DNA of 64,000 nucleotides from a bacterium (GTDB lineage Bacteria; UBP6; UBA1177; G963667425): NCBI GenBank assembly GCA_963667425.1, contig OY763407.1, positions 1,281,960 to 1,345,959 of the forward strand, read 5' to 3'. Shown piece by piece: positions 30,801 to 37,643 of this stretch (position 1 is its first letter; each line of letters starts with the position of its first letter). The notes under the pieces were generated by a model. It saw only the letters and a program-made list of their open reading frames with translations, ran no database searches and was not told where the DNA came from. The position numbers and the translations under genes were made by a program.

Positions 30801-31501
30801 TTTCCCATTACAGCATGACATATTCCTGCTATATTTCCATCTGTATTTAAAATTCCAGAACCAGAGTTCCCACTATATATATGTGCTGAATGGTTAAAAT
30901 AGTAATCTTCATCATAATTAGATTTTGTTACTTTACCTGTTGAAATAACTTCAGGATATGATAGAGGATATCCTATTACTGCAATATCATCGTCAATATT
31001 GAGAAGTTTTTTTTCAATTCTTTTAAATTTGTGGCTTATTCCCGCTCTAGAGAGTATATTTTCGTTATAATAATAATAAAAAGGTTCATTTCTTAATGGA
31101 ATATCATAAAGCTCAAGTATTGCATAATCATCACTATAAATATCTCCGACTTCAACCACTGATTTAACAGCATATACAACTCTTTCTCTAAGATGATGAT
31201 CTCTTTTATCTTGATAATCGAAAAAAACATAGGCAAAAGGGGGAAATTGATCTTTATTTATCAAATCTGGATTTGCATACCTATATGGTCCCCAGAAAGA
31301 ATCTTCATACAACAAAGAAGCATTAATGCAGTGTGCAGCAGTAAGATAAAGATTTGAACTTATCATTGTTCCACTGCATGTAAGATAATTTATAAGTTCT
31401 GGAGACTCTTTATCTGCTACAGAATCTTCATTGATATCAAAAATTTTATGTAGCGTCTTATCATATCTTAATGTTACATCATTGTTAGGGTCAAAAAACA
31501 C
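27860..31501 (-). CDS. Large secreted S1 (trypsin-like) serine protease with thrombospondin-type-3 Ca-binding repeats and beta-propeller (LVIVD-like) repeats; the 5' end is disrupted by an IS3 insertion, so this is the 3' portion
   Basis: Contains LTAAHC (His motif), GNSGSG (Ser motif), Asp-rich D.D.DG.D..D.CP repeats and C-terminal repeats such as YAANYGEIDIFKI. The ORF as drawn starts at a GTG with no signal peptide. The signal peptide lies at 32880-33035, upstream of the IS. Confidence 0.7.
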   Translation of the reverse strand: MFFDPNNDVTLRYDKTLHKIFDINEDSVADKESPELINYLTCSGTMISSNLYLTAAHCINASLLYEDSFWGPYRYANPDLINKDQFPPFAYVFFDYQDKRDHHLRERVVYAVKSVVEVGDIYSDDYAILELYDIPLRNEPFYYYYNENILSRAGISHKFKRIEKKLLNIDDDIAVIGYPLSYPEVISTGKVTKSNYDEDYYFNHSAHIYSGNSGSGILNTDGNIAGICHAVMGKVNEKPSLDIKISYIVEQSDILSGRIDNDGDGIPFLDDKCPSIYDPNQEDWNNNGIGDACEDSDNDGVIDAVDNCPEKWNPFETMANPSSEIIKGLEAIGNGYWEHTNIGDKYIWQPDHDLDGIGDACDSSAGSQNEGGYSVSIAYKPKGSISLPVTGFGEINKTISISIAGGYYKNYFPVNNGDGKHRVHYCGADLQEYCPNGLWNSEKTGCTLTSYNNWDSVCETETLESGTKIGHTHATASNLIVNGRTRCPQIAWTDNSKDADNINYKNAENYKRPVTASQNISTIKPSAYWNWRADIYAQYNCGEDDYYKYYALCEENGEIRSKTPMYYTLSSNYATNDERYLINGSVNPEYFKNFLTRENINDYNSVGKWSLASRSNTEPAKIEYSNATLNLAEIMKQFREIVSQGLLDSSAQNILIPMESFISGNVSFTRYQHGGFININNSDLNLTTSSIDSLPLMQAVIEDMNSNATYTISETSDNVYELFANYAPSSDWQKIGTVTNYSDYLINSIKSAAVYDNTIYFIGSTMLRSVTQFLYKIVREEDDSYVLKKVLQQNLGMNSSVKLIPALGNIYIAADKDGVMEISEVDLAEGKISEIESDIKPFYSLPLNIIGTETGIYLTGRYNPENSKSTSVMKFDKTNGWQIINDNINADTEKLIMNNIDGRIVMTNILSTNDTTSRIELDTADNSIKIEEVETVDIFQLDTEEPHYCVSETGNSIYPGITERYGTCNSVTDYNYDSHLYFDYKLTVAGYKNNLYIGGLSGIRRIKIESDGTLKKKKLTTNGKTNNLAISENRMYAANYGEIDIFKIAEDGSIDKKSDINSDKCENIRIAKGMLFTAENKKVKIYDLSDPYNPSLISSITADGEVVDLEVVKDKLYIYREKTKWFSTKGYVEIYDISNIKSPQKRNSFNQKCNDAEMQSFGDTVYLGCKNGQFKASENGLTKMSGEKNYLREGYAYKGILYQVFSGKLHLSK

Positions 31502-31608
31502 AAAAATTCCTGCTGATGTTTCTGCTTTATCTACAAAAGAAGAAGAAAAAGGAGATTCTGAATTCTGAGTATAGCTTTTGCTATAGCCCCCTAAAAACTA
31601 TACAGAAA

Positions 31609-32505
31609 TCAAGCAGTAACTTTCCCAATATTTTTTCCAGTTTTTTCATAATATCTGCTCATAACATCTGACGGTGTTCTGTAACCGCATCCCTTATGAG
31701 GCCTCTCCTCGTTATAAAACTCTGTCCAGGCTCTTATCACTTTGTCCAGCTCACTGAAACTTTCAAAACCCTCTCTTTTTACTATAAATCTCTGCAGTAT
31801 GCTGTGAAAACATTCCACGTATCCATTTTCCTGCGGCGTTCTGACGTGACAGAACTCATGTTTCATATTTATTGTCTTTTCTATAAAGTCCGCCATATCT
31901 TTTGATATAAACTGGCTTCCGTTATCGCTCCTAAGCATTATATCTCTGGGATTTCCGTAAAGTATAATCACTTTTCTCAGCATATCTATCACATCTTCTT
32001 TCCTTATACTTCCTGATAATCTGTATGACAGCAGTTTCCAGCTGTAACAGTCTATCAGGTTAAGCATATAATAGTGTCTCTGCTCGCCTTTTACATATAT
32101 GTACTTTATGTCTATCTCTATCTTTTCAAACGGACGGCTGACGTTTACTTTCCAGCTTCCAACTCTTTGACGATTCTCTGCTTTTTCTCTGATGCGTTTC
32201 TGAAGATAACCCGCTTCTTTCATAAGACGGTATACTTTCTTGCGGTTGATTATTATTCCATATCTGTTTCTCAGTATGTGGCAGATCTTTATATAGCCAT
32301 AATCTGCAAACTGATGATTTATTATGCTTTCTATTTTTGAAACCACTTCTTCGTTAAGAATCCTGTTCCCTTCACAGTTTATTGAAAACAGTGACGGTTT
32401 TCTGCCTGCTTTACCTTCTTTATTCCTGTAATTATATGTGGATAGCGGGATATCAAGCTTACTGCACATTGCTTTTCTGCCTCTTTTAAAACTGTATTTA
32501 TTCAC
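31609..32505 (-). CDS. IS3-family transposase OrfB (DDE integrase core)
   Basis: rve-type catalytic core: D in LIDCYSWK, D in LRSDNGSQFIS, E in TPQENGYVECFH. The C-terminal ...ERPHKGCGYRTP resembles the IS3 family. Confidence 0.85.
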   Translation of the reverse strand: MNKYSFKRGRKAMCSKLDIPLSTYNYRNKEGKAGRKPSLFSINCEGNRILNEEVVSKIESIINHQFADYGYIKICHILRNRYGIIINRKKVYRLMKEAGYLQKRIREKAENRQRVGSWKVNVSRPFEKIEIDIKYIYVKGEQRHYYMLNLIDCYSWKLLSYRLSGSIRKEDVIDMLRKVIILYGNPRDIMLRSDNGSQFISKDMADFIEKTINMKHEFCHVRTPQENGYVECFHSILQRFIVKREGFESFSELDKVIRAWTEFYNEERPHKGCGYRTPSDVMSRYYEKTGKNIGKVTA

Positions 32506-32828
32506 TAACTCCCTCTTTTCTTCGGATGTGAACTCTTTTTTTTTATCAGTTCAAGCTGTGCCGCAATCAGTACTTCTTTCTCAGCAAGCAGTTTCTTAAG
32601 TATACGATTTTCCTTCTCAAGTCCTTTTATATCTTTAACTTCAGCGATTCTTCCGGCTTTCATGGGAAGTAATCCTGCTATCCCTTCAGCTTCGTACTTC
32701 TCTTTCCACACATAATAGGTCGTAGGATCCACTCCGTGTCTTTCACATGTTTTTACAACACCGTGCTCTTCCGCTTCTTTCAGTATCAGAAACTTTTCTT
32801 CCGCACTGTAACGTTTCCGCTGCACCAT
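32505..32828 (-). CDS. IS3-family transposase OrfA (HTH / leucine-zipper)
   Basis: RYSAEEKFLILKEAEE...GVDPTTYYVWKEKY HTH region followed by heptad leucines. An A9 slippery run at 32536-32544 lies just upstream of the stop, and the orfB frame is open through it. Confidence 0.8.
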   Translation of the reverse strand: MVQRKRYSAEEKFLILKEAEEHGVVKTCERHGVDPTTYYVWKEKYEAEGIAGLLPMKAGRIAEVKDIKGLEKENRILKKLLAEKEVLIAAQLELIKKKSSHPKKRGS

Positions 32829-32879
32829 CTTTCCTCCTCTTTTATTGGGAAAGTTTAACTGTTTCTTTTGTACAGTCAA

Positions 32880-33035
32880 TTATGGGGCTAGAACACTTTC
32901 AACATCCTGATAGTCACAGTTTCCTGTAGAAGGATCACATGCTGATAACACAGGATCTTCAACTTCTTGAGCCATAATGTTCCATGAAATCAGCAATAAA
33001 AAAATAAAAATAGATAAAACATTTAATTTTTTCAT
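32880..33035 (-). pseudogene. Severed 5' fragment (signal peptide plus first ~25 residues) of the S1 protease gene, separated from its body by the IS3 insertion
   Basis: The minus strand encodes MKKLNVLSIFIFLLLISWNIMAQEVEDPVLSACDPSTGNCDYQDVES, then runs into the IS. Deleting 31579-32899 joins it in frame to ...SYTQNSESPFSSSFVDKAETSAGIFVFFDPNNDV..., the start of the 27860..31501 ORF. Confidence 0.75.
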
Positions 33036-33379
33036 TTTAAGCCTCTAATTTTTTAAAATAATAATAAAACTAACCTAAGTTCGCATATCAACAGCTGTTA
33101 GTCTACTCTTTAAGAATTTTATTATCAATAAAATTTTTATATAAAAAAGATTAAAGTGTCAGTTAACAATAATATTTGATTTTATTTAATGTATCATTAT
33201 TTATCTGATATCAAAATCTTCTTTACACAATTAAATATATTTCAAATGTGGCTTTATTGTTTTTGTTTAATTCTTGATATATGAAAAAAATGGTTATAAT
33301 TCATAAAGCGTGAAAAAGAAAAATTATGAAAAAGTAGCAATGAGAAGTATGAAAGATCTAAACTGATTTTAAAACTGGC

Positions 33380-34291
33380 TCATAATTCAAAAAAATCATA
33401 CAGATAAAGCTTTATATCATTTAGAGTCCAGTCACTTTTCATTATACTTTCTCTAAATTTTGCGCCATTTCTGAGACCTGCTGAATACCATGCTGAATGT
33501 TTTTTAAGTTTAAGCAGCTTTTTTCTCTCATCTTCAGCTGAACTTGAGATAAGATCAAAATGATATTTTATTATATCTTTCTTAAATTTTTCAGTAGCTT
33601 CACTGCTGTTTTTTATTTCACTGAAAAGCCACGGAGAAGATAAAATTCCACGTCCTATCATAAGTCCGTAAAGTTTTGATTCCCGAAAATAATCTGCATC
33701 TGTAAAACTTTTTATATCACCTGAATGAATTACTTTAAGATTACTTTTTTCGGCAGTTTTTACTGAAAGTTCCCAATCAGATATACCGCCAAACATTTCA
33801 GTCCGCAGTCTTGGATGAATTACAAGAAAATCAGCTCCTTCATCTTCCGCTATTTTTGCAAAAATATCACTGTTTGGAACTGCAAAACCTTTGCGTATCT
33901 TTACAGAAAGAGGTTTTTCAGAAGCTTTTCTTACTGTTTTTATAATTTCTGCAGCAAGTACCGGATTTTCCATAAGGGCTGCACCACTACCCGATTTCAG
34001 AACTTTTTTTACAGGACATCCCATATTTATATCAAAACCGGCAAAATCAAATTTATCCTGAAGAAACTTTACAGCATAGTCAAATGAATCAGGCTCACTT
34101 CCAAAAAGCTGAATGAATGTTTCTTTTTCATCATGAAGAACTTCGGCAAGCTCAACACTTTTTAGGCTTCCGTATTTTATGGCTTTTGCTGAAACCATTT
34201 CTGAATAGCAAATATCGGCACCTACTGAATAACAGACTTTTCTAAACAAAGAATCCGTTATGTCCGCCATTGGAGCTAGAAAAAGTTTCAT
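33380..34291 (-). CDS. dus: tRNA-dihydrouridine synthase
   Basis: MKLFLAPMADITD...Y.EM N-terminus and TIM-barrel Dus-family motifs. Confidence 0.8.
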   Translation of the reverse strand: MKLFLAPMADITDSLFRKVCYSVGADICYSEMVSAKAIKYGSLKSVELAEVLHDEKETFIQLFGSEPDSFDYAVKFLQDKFDFAGFDINMGCPVKKVLKSGSGAALMENPVLAAEIIKTVRKASEKPLSVKIRKGFAVPNSDIFAKIAEDEGADFLVIHPRLRTEMFGGISDWELSVKTAEKSNLKVIHSGDIKSFTDADYFRESKLYGLMIGRGILSSPWLFSEIKNSSEATEKFKKDIIKYHFDLISSSAEDERKKLLKLKKHSAWYSAGLRNGAKFRESIMKSDWTLNDIKLYLYDFFEL

Positions 34292-34299
34292 ATTTTTAC

Positions 34300-35094
34300 T
34301 TAAGCCTGTTCTCTGATTCTTTTTACGCTTAAAGCTTTACCAGTTGAAACATCTACAGAGGCAATAAGACCTTCTATGGTTATTTCACCTTTTTTCGGAG
34401 CATATGGCTGAGGAATAGATGTAAGAAAATGTCTGATACTACTCTCTTCGTTCATACCAAGAACAGAGTTAAAAGAACCGCATCTGCCGAGATCGGTTAT
34501 ATATGCCATCCCTTTGTCATAAATCTTTTCATCTGAGGTTTGAACATGAGTATGTGTCCCCGCAAGAACTGAAACTCTGCCATCAAGATAAAATCCAAGA
34601 GCCTCTTTTTCCGAAGTTGCTTCTGCGTGAAAATCAACAACTTTAACAACAACGCCTTCTTCATCAAACTCTTTTAAAACAGTGTCAGCAGAGGTAAAAG
34701 GAGAATCTATCGGTGGCATGTAAACACGACCCTGAAGATTAATAACACCTATTTTAATATCATTGTTGAGAGTAAAAATGCACTTTCCGCTGCCAGGAAG
34801 ATGTGATGGATAGTTATGGGGCCTCAGAATATTTCCGTTTTCAGCAAGAAGTTTATAGGTTTCAGATTTAGACCACACATGATTCCCTGAAGTTATAACA
34901 TTTACACCAGCTTTAAAAAGATCTTCAGCAGAACTTTTTATTAAAGCCTTTCCTCCTGAAGAATTTTCACCATTGGCAACTGTAAAAACTATTTTTTCTT
35001 TTTTCAGAATTGAAGGAAGAACTTCAATAAGAGCTTTTCGACCTGGTCTTCCTACCACATCTCCAAGCATTAGAATATTTATAATATCGGACAT
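34300..35094 (-). CDS. ymdB: YmdB-family metallophosphoesterase (2',3'-cNMP phosphodiesterase, TIGR00282)
   Basis: ILMLGDVVGRPGR...ANGEN..GG.G and GNHVW motifs. Lies immediately downstream of rny, as in Firmicutes. Confidence 0.85.
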   Translation of the reverse strand: MSDIINILMLGDVVGRPGRKALIEVLPSILKKEKIVFTVANGENSSGGKALIKSSAEDLFKAGVNVITSGNHVWSKSETYKLLAENGNILRPHNYPSHLPGSGKCIFTLNNDIKIGVINLQGRVYMPPIDSPFTSADTVLKEFDEEGVVVKVVDFHAEATSEKEALGFYLDGRVSVLAGTHTHVQTSDEKIYDKGMAYITDLGRCGSFNSVLGMNEESSIRHFLTSIPQPYAPKKGEITIEGLIASVDVSTGKALSVKRIREQA

Positions 35095-35100
35095 AAGGAC

Positions 35101-36651
35101 CTACTGTGCTGTAGCAATAACTCTTGTCTCTCTGATAAGAACGACTTTTATCTGACCAGGATAAGTAAGGTCTTCTTCGATTTTCTTTGCAATATCTGTA
35201 GCAAGAACATAAGAATCTTCATCTTTTACTCTAGTAGTGTCAGCAATAACACGAAGTTCTCTTCCTGCCTGAATAGCAAAGGCTTTGTCTACACCGTCAA
35301 ATGCTGTAGCAACATTTTCAAGTTCGGTAAGTCTCTGAACGTAACTTTCCATCATTTCTCTTCTTGCACCTGGACGAGCACCACTTATTGCATCTGCTGC
35401 CGAAATAATATGATCAAGAACTGTTTCATGCGGAATTTCATTATGATGAGCACCGACAGCATGAGCTATTTTCTTGGTTTCTCCATATTTTTCAGTAAGT
35501 TTCATACCTATAGAAGCATGACTGCCTTCAACTTCATGATCTACAGCCTTTCCAATATCGTGAAGAAGACCGGCTCTTCTTGCATTTTTAACACTGACAC
35601 CAAGTTCTGAAGCAATTTCACCTGCAATAAACGCTGTTTCCATAGAGTGTTTCCAAACATTCTGTCCATAACTTGTACGATATTTAAGTCTTCCTATCAG
35701 AAGAACGAGTTCCGGGTTCATTTTATGAATACCAAGATCAAAAAGGGCCTGTTCACCAGCCTCTTTAATAGTTTTCCAAACTTCTTTTGAAGCATTGTTA
35801 AAAACATCTTCAATTCTTCCCGGATGAATTCTGCCATCATGAATAAGCCTTTCAAGAGTAAGTCTTGCAATCTCTCTTCTTATCGGGTTAAAATCAGAAA
35901 GCACAACTGCTTCAGGCGTATCATCAATGATAAGATCAACACCTGTAATAGCTTCAATTGCTCTGATATTCCGGCCTTCTCTACCAATAATTCGGCCTTT
36001 CATCTCATCAGTAGGAAGCATAACCGTTGTGACAGTATGTTCTGTAGCATATTCACCGGCATAGCGCTGAATTGCTGTTGAAATAATTTCTTTTGCCTTT
36101 CTTTCACTGTCTTCAGTAAGATTTTCTTCAATAGTTTTAAGCCTTTTAGCGGCAAGATGTTTTGCCTCATCCTCAATTTTAAGAATAAGCTCTTCCTTTG
36201 CCTCTTCATGAGTCATAGCGGCAATTTTTTCAAGCTCAGCTTTAACTTCAAGCTCTTTTTTATCAATGTCAGCATTTCTGACATCAATCAAGGATTCCTT
36301 GTCTTTAATATCCTTTTCAAGATCTTTTATCTCTTTTTCTTTCTGGAGAATATTTTCATCTCTTTTTGCTGTCTGTTCTTCCCGTCTGTTCAGTCTTTTT
36401 TCTCTTTCTTTAAATTCTTTTAGAAGTTCATTTTTCTGATTATCAACATCCTTACGACCTTCAAGAATAATCGCCTGAGCATCAAGATGAGCTTTTTTTA
36501 CAATCTCATCAGCATCTTTTCTAGCCTGCTCCGCATCCATTTTCCATTTATCGACCTTACTTCTAAATAAAAGATTAAGCGACAAATAACATAAGACTGC
36601 ACCAATAACAAGTCCGATAACCAGCATCAGAATAACCATACCTGTTCCCAT
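35101..36651 (-). CDS. rny: Ribonuclease Y
   Basis: N-terminal TM helix, long coiled-coil region, KH domain (GRIIGREGRNIRAIEAITGVDLIID) and HD domain (HS.ETAFIAG...LLHDIGK). Confidence 0.9.
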   Translation of the reverse strand: MGTGMVILMLVIGLVIGAVLCYLSLNLLFRSKVDKWKMDAEQARKDADEIVKKAHLDAQAIILEGRKDVDNQKNELLKEFKEREKRLNRREEQTAKRDENILQKEKEIKDLEKDIKDKESLIDVRNADIDKKELEVKAELEKIAAMTHEEAKEELILKIEDEAKHLAAKRLKTIEENLTEDSERKAKEIISTAIQRYAGEYATEHTVTTVMLPTDEMKGRIIGREGRNIRAIEAITGVDLIIDDTPEAVVLSDFNPIRREIARLTLERLIHDGRIHPGRIEDVFNNASKEVWKTIKEAGEQALFDLGIHKMNPELVLLIGRLKYRTSYGQNVWKHSMETAFIAGEIASELGVSVKNARRAGLLHDIGKAVDHEVEGSHASIGMKLTEKYGETKKIAHAVGAHHNEIPHETVLDHIISAADAISGARPGARREMMESYVQRLTELENVATAFDGVDKAFAIQAGRELRVIADTTRVKDEDSYVLATDIAKKIEEDLTYPGQIKVVLIRETRVIATAQ

Positions 36652-36663
36652 TAGAATCTCCTT

Positions 36664-37227
36664 TTATATTAAATCTTTACTATAAATATTAGCTTCCGTC
36701 ACCACGCCATCAAGAGTCTGATCCCATAAATCAGCAAAACCACTATCTACCATCTGAATCTCGAAAGCAACCCCTATTGTCTTTGAATTCGTGGAACGAT
36801 ACTGTAAAGTGGTATCATAAAAGCCACCGCCATAACCAATCCTTTCCATATCGATTGAAAAAGCGACACCAGGGACAAGAAAAAGTTCAACATCTTCGAC
36901 AGCAACCTTTTCAAGAGAATCAGAAGGTTCCATGATACCATAAGCACCTTCAATAAAATCTGAAAGATTATTTAAAAGATAAAAATCGAGCTTTTTTGTT
37001 CCTTTAACCACCTTGGGAAAACAGAAACGTTTTGAACTATCAGAAAAAAGCGAAAGCAGATCCACTTCATTTCTGTAAGGTGAATAAAGCGCAATAATCT
37101 TTGAATAATTATAACATTGAATCTTGCTTAAATTTGAGACGATACTGAGACTTTTGTCAGCCACCTCTTCACTGGAAAGTGACTTCCTGCGTCTCAGAAT
37201 CTCACTTCTGAGCTCTTTTTTATCCAA
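36664..37227 (-). CDS. 5-formyltetrahydrofolate cyclo-ligase
   Basis: KK.LR.E...R......E.....S N-terminus and the C-terminal G(Y)G.G(F)YD motif of the 5-FCL family. Confidence 0.75.
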   Translation of the reverse strand: MDKKELRSEILRRRKSLSSEEVADKSLSIVSNLSKIQCYNYSKIIALYSPYRNEVDLLSLFSDSSKRFCFPKVVKGTKKLDFYLLNNLSDFIEGAYGIMEPSDSLEKVAVEDVELFLVPGVAFSIDMERIGYGGGFYDTTLQYRSTNSKTIGVAFEIQMVDSGFADLWDQTLDGVVTEANIYSKDLI

Positions 37228-37643
37228 AATCTTTATGTAAAGCCCGAAGGCTCTCCTAAAATATTAAAATATATAAACCTGTATCTCAGGATACAGTATT
37301 AAATAAGAGAATAAAAGGTTTAATTGACTATGTCAATAAATTTAAAGACAAAATACTTCAAATGTTAACTTTTTCTTAATAAAAGAGTTTCCGCATTTAA
37401 GAAATCAAGAATGGAAATTTTGTGAAAAAATAAAATAACATCCCAAAAAATCAAATCTTCTCATAAAGAACTTTTCCAACACGGTCAATATGATCTAAAA
37501 GAGCTCAATTTTTTATAGTCGCATAAAACTGAAGATTGTTCTAGTTCCATAATTGACTGTACAAAAGGAGTGATTAAAATTTCCCAATAAAAGATGATGC
37601 TACTAAATCCTCTGATGAAGATAGCTAAACGAATCTAAATGGA

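Larger units (their letters stand above)
31579..32895 (-). mobile_element. IS3-family insertion sequence (orfA and orfB with a programmed -1 frameshift; ~1317 bp)
   Basis: Imperfect terminal inverted repeats TGCTATAGCCCCCTAAAAACTATACA (31579-) and TGTTCTAGCCCCATAATTGACTGTACA (reverse complement, ending 32895). The flanks are CTTT direct repeats (31575-78 and 32896-99). Length and gene content are typical of IS3. Confidence 0.85.

Noticed and set aside
31499-31501. GTG at 31501 as the native start of the protease
   Set aside because: The frame is open upstream to the IS boundary with no signal peptide. The native start is the ATG at 33035, on the other side of the IS.
32877-32879. TTG at 32879 as the orfA start (ORF-track start)
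   Set aside because: It lies only 16 nt from the IS terminus, inside the terminal inverted repeat. The ATG at 32828 (MVQRKRYSAEEK...) fits IS3 OrfA N-termini better.
33036-33380. AT-rich 345-bp gap examined for a small gene or RNA
   Set aside because: It contains no ORF with an RBS and no tRNA-like fold. It is most simply the promoter region of the disrupted protease gene plus the 3' UTR of dus.
36157-36423. Phe-rich ORF on the plus strand
   Set aside because: It lies entirely antisense within the rny coiled-coil coding region, and its composition follows from the K/E-rich codons on the other strand.
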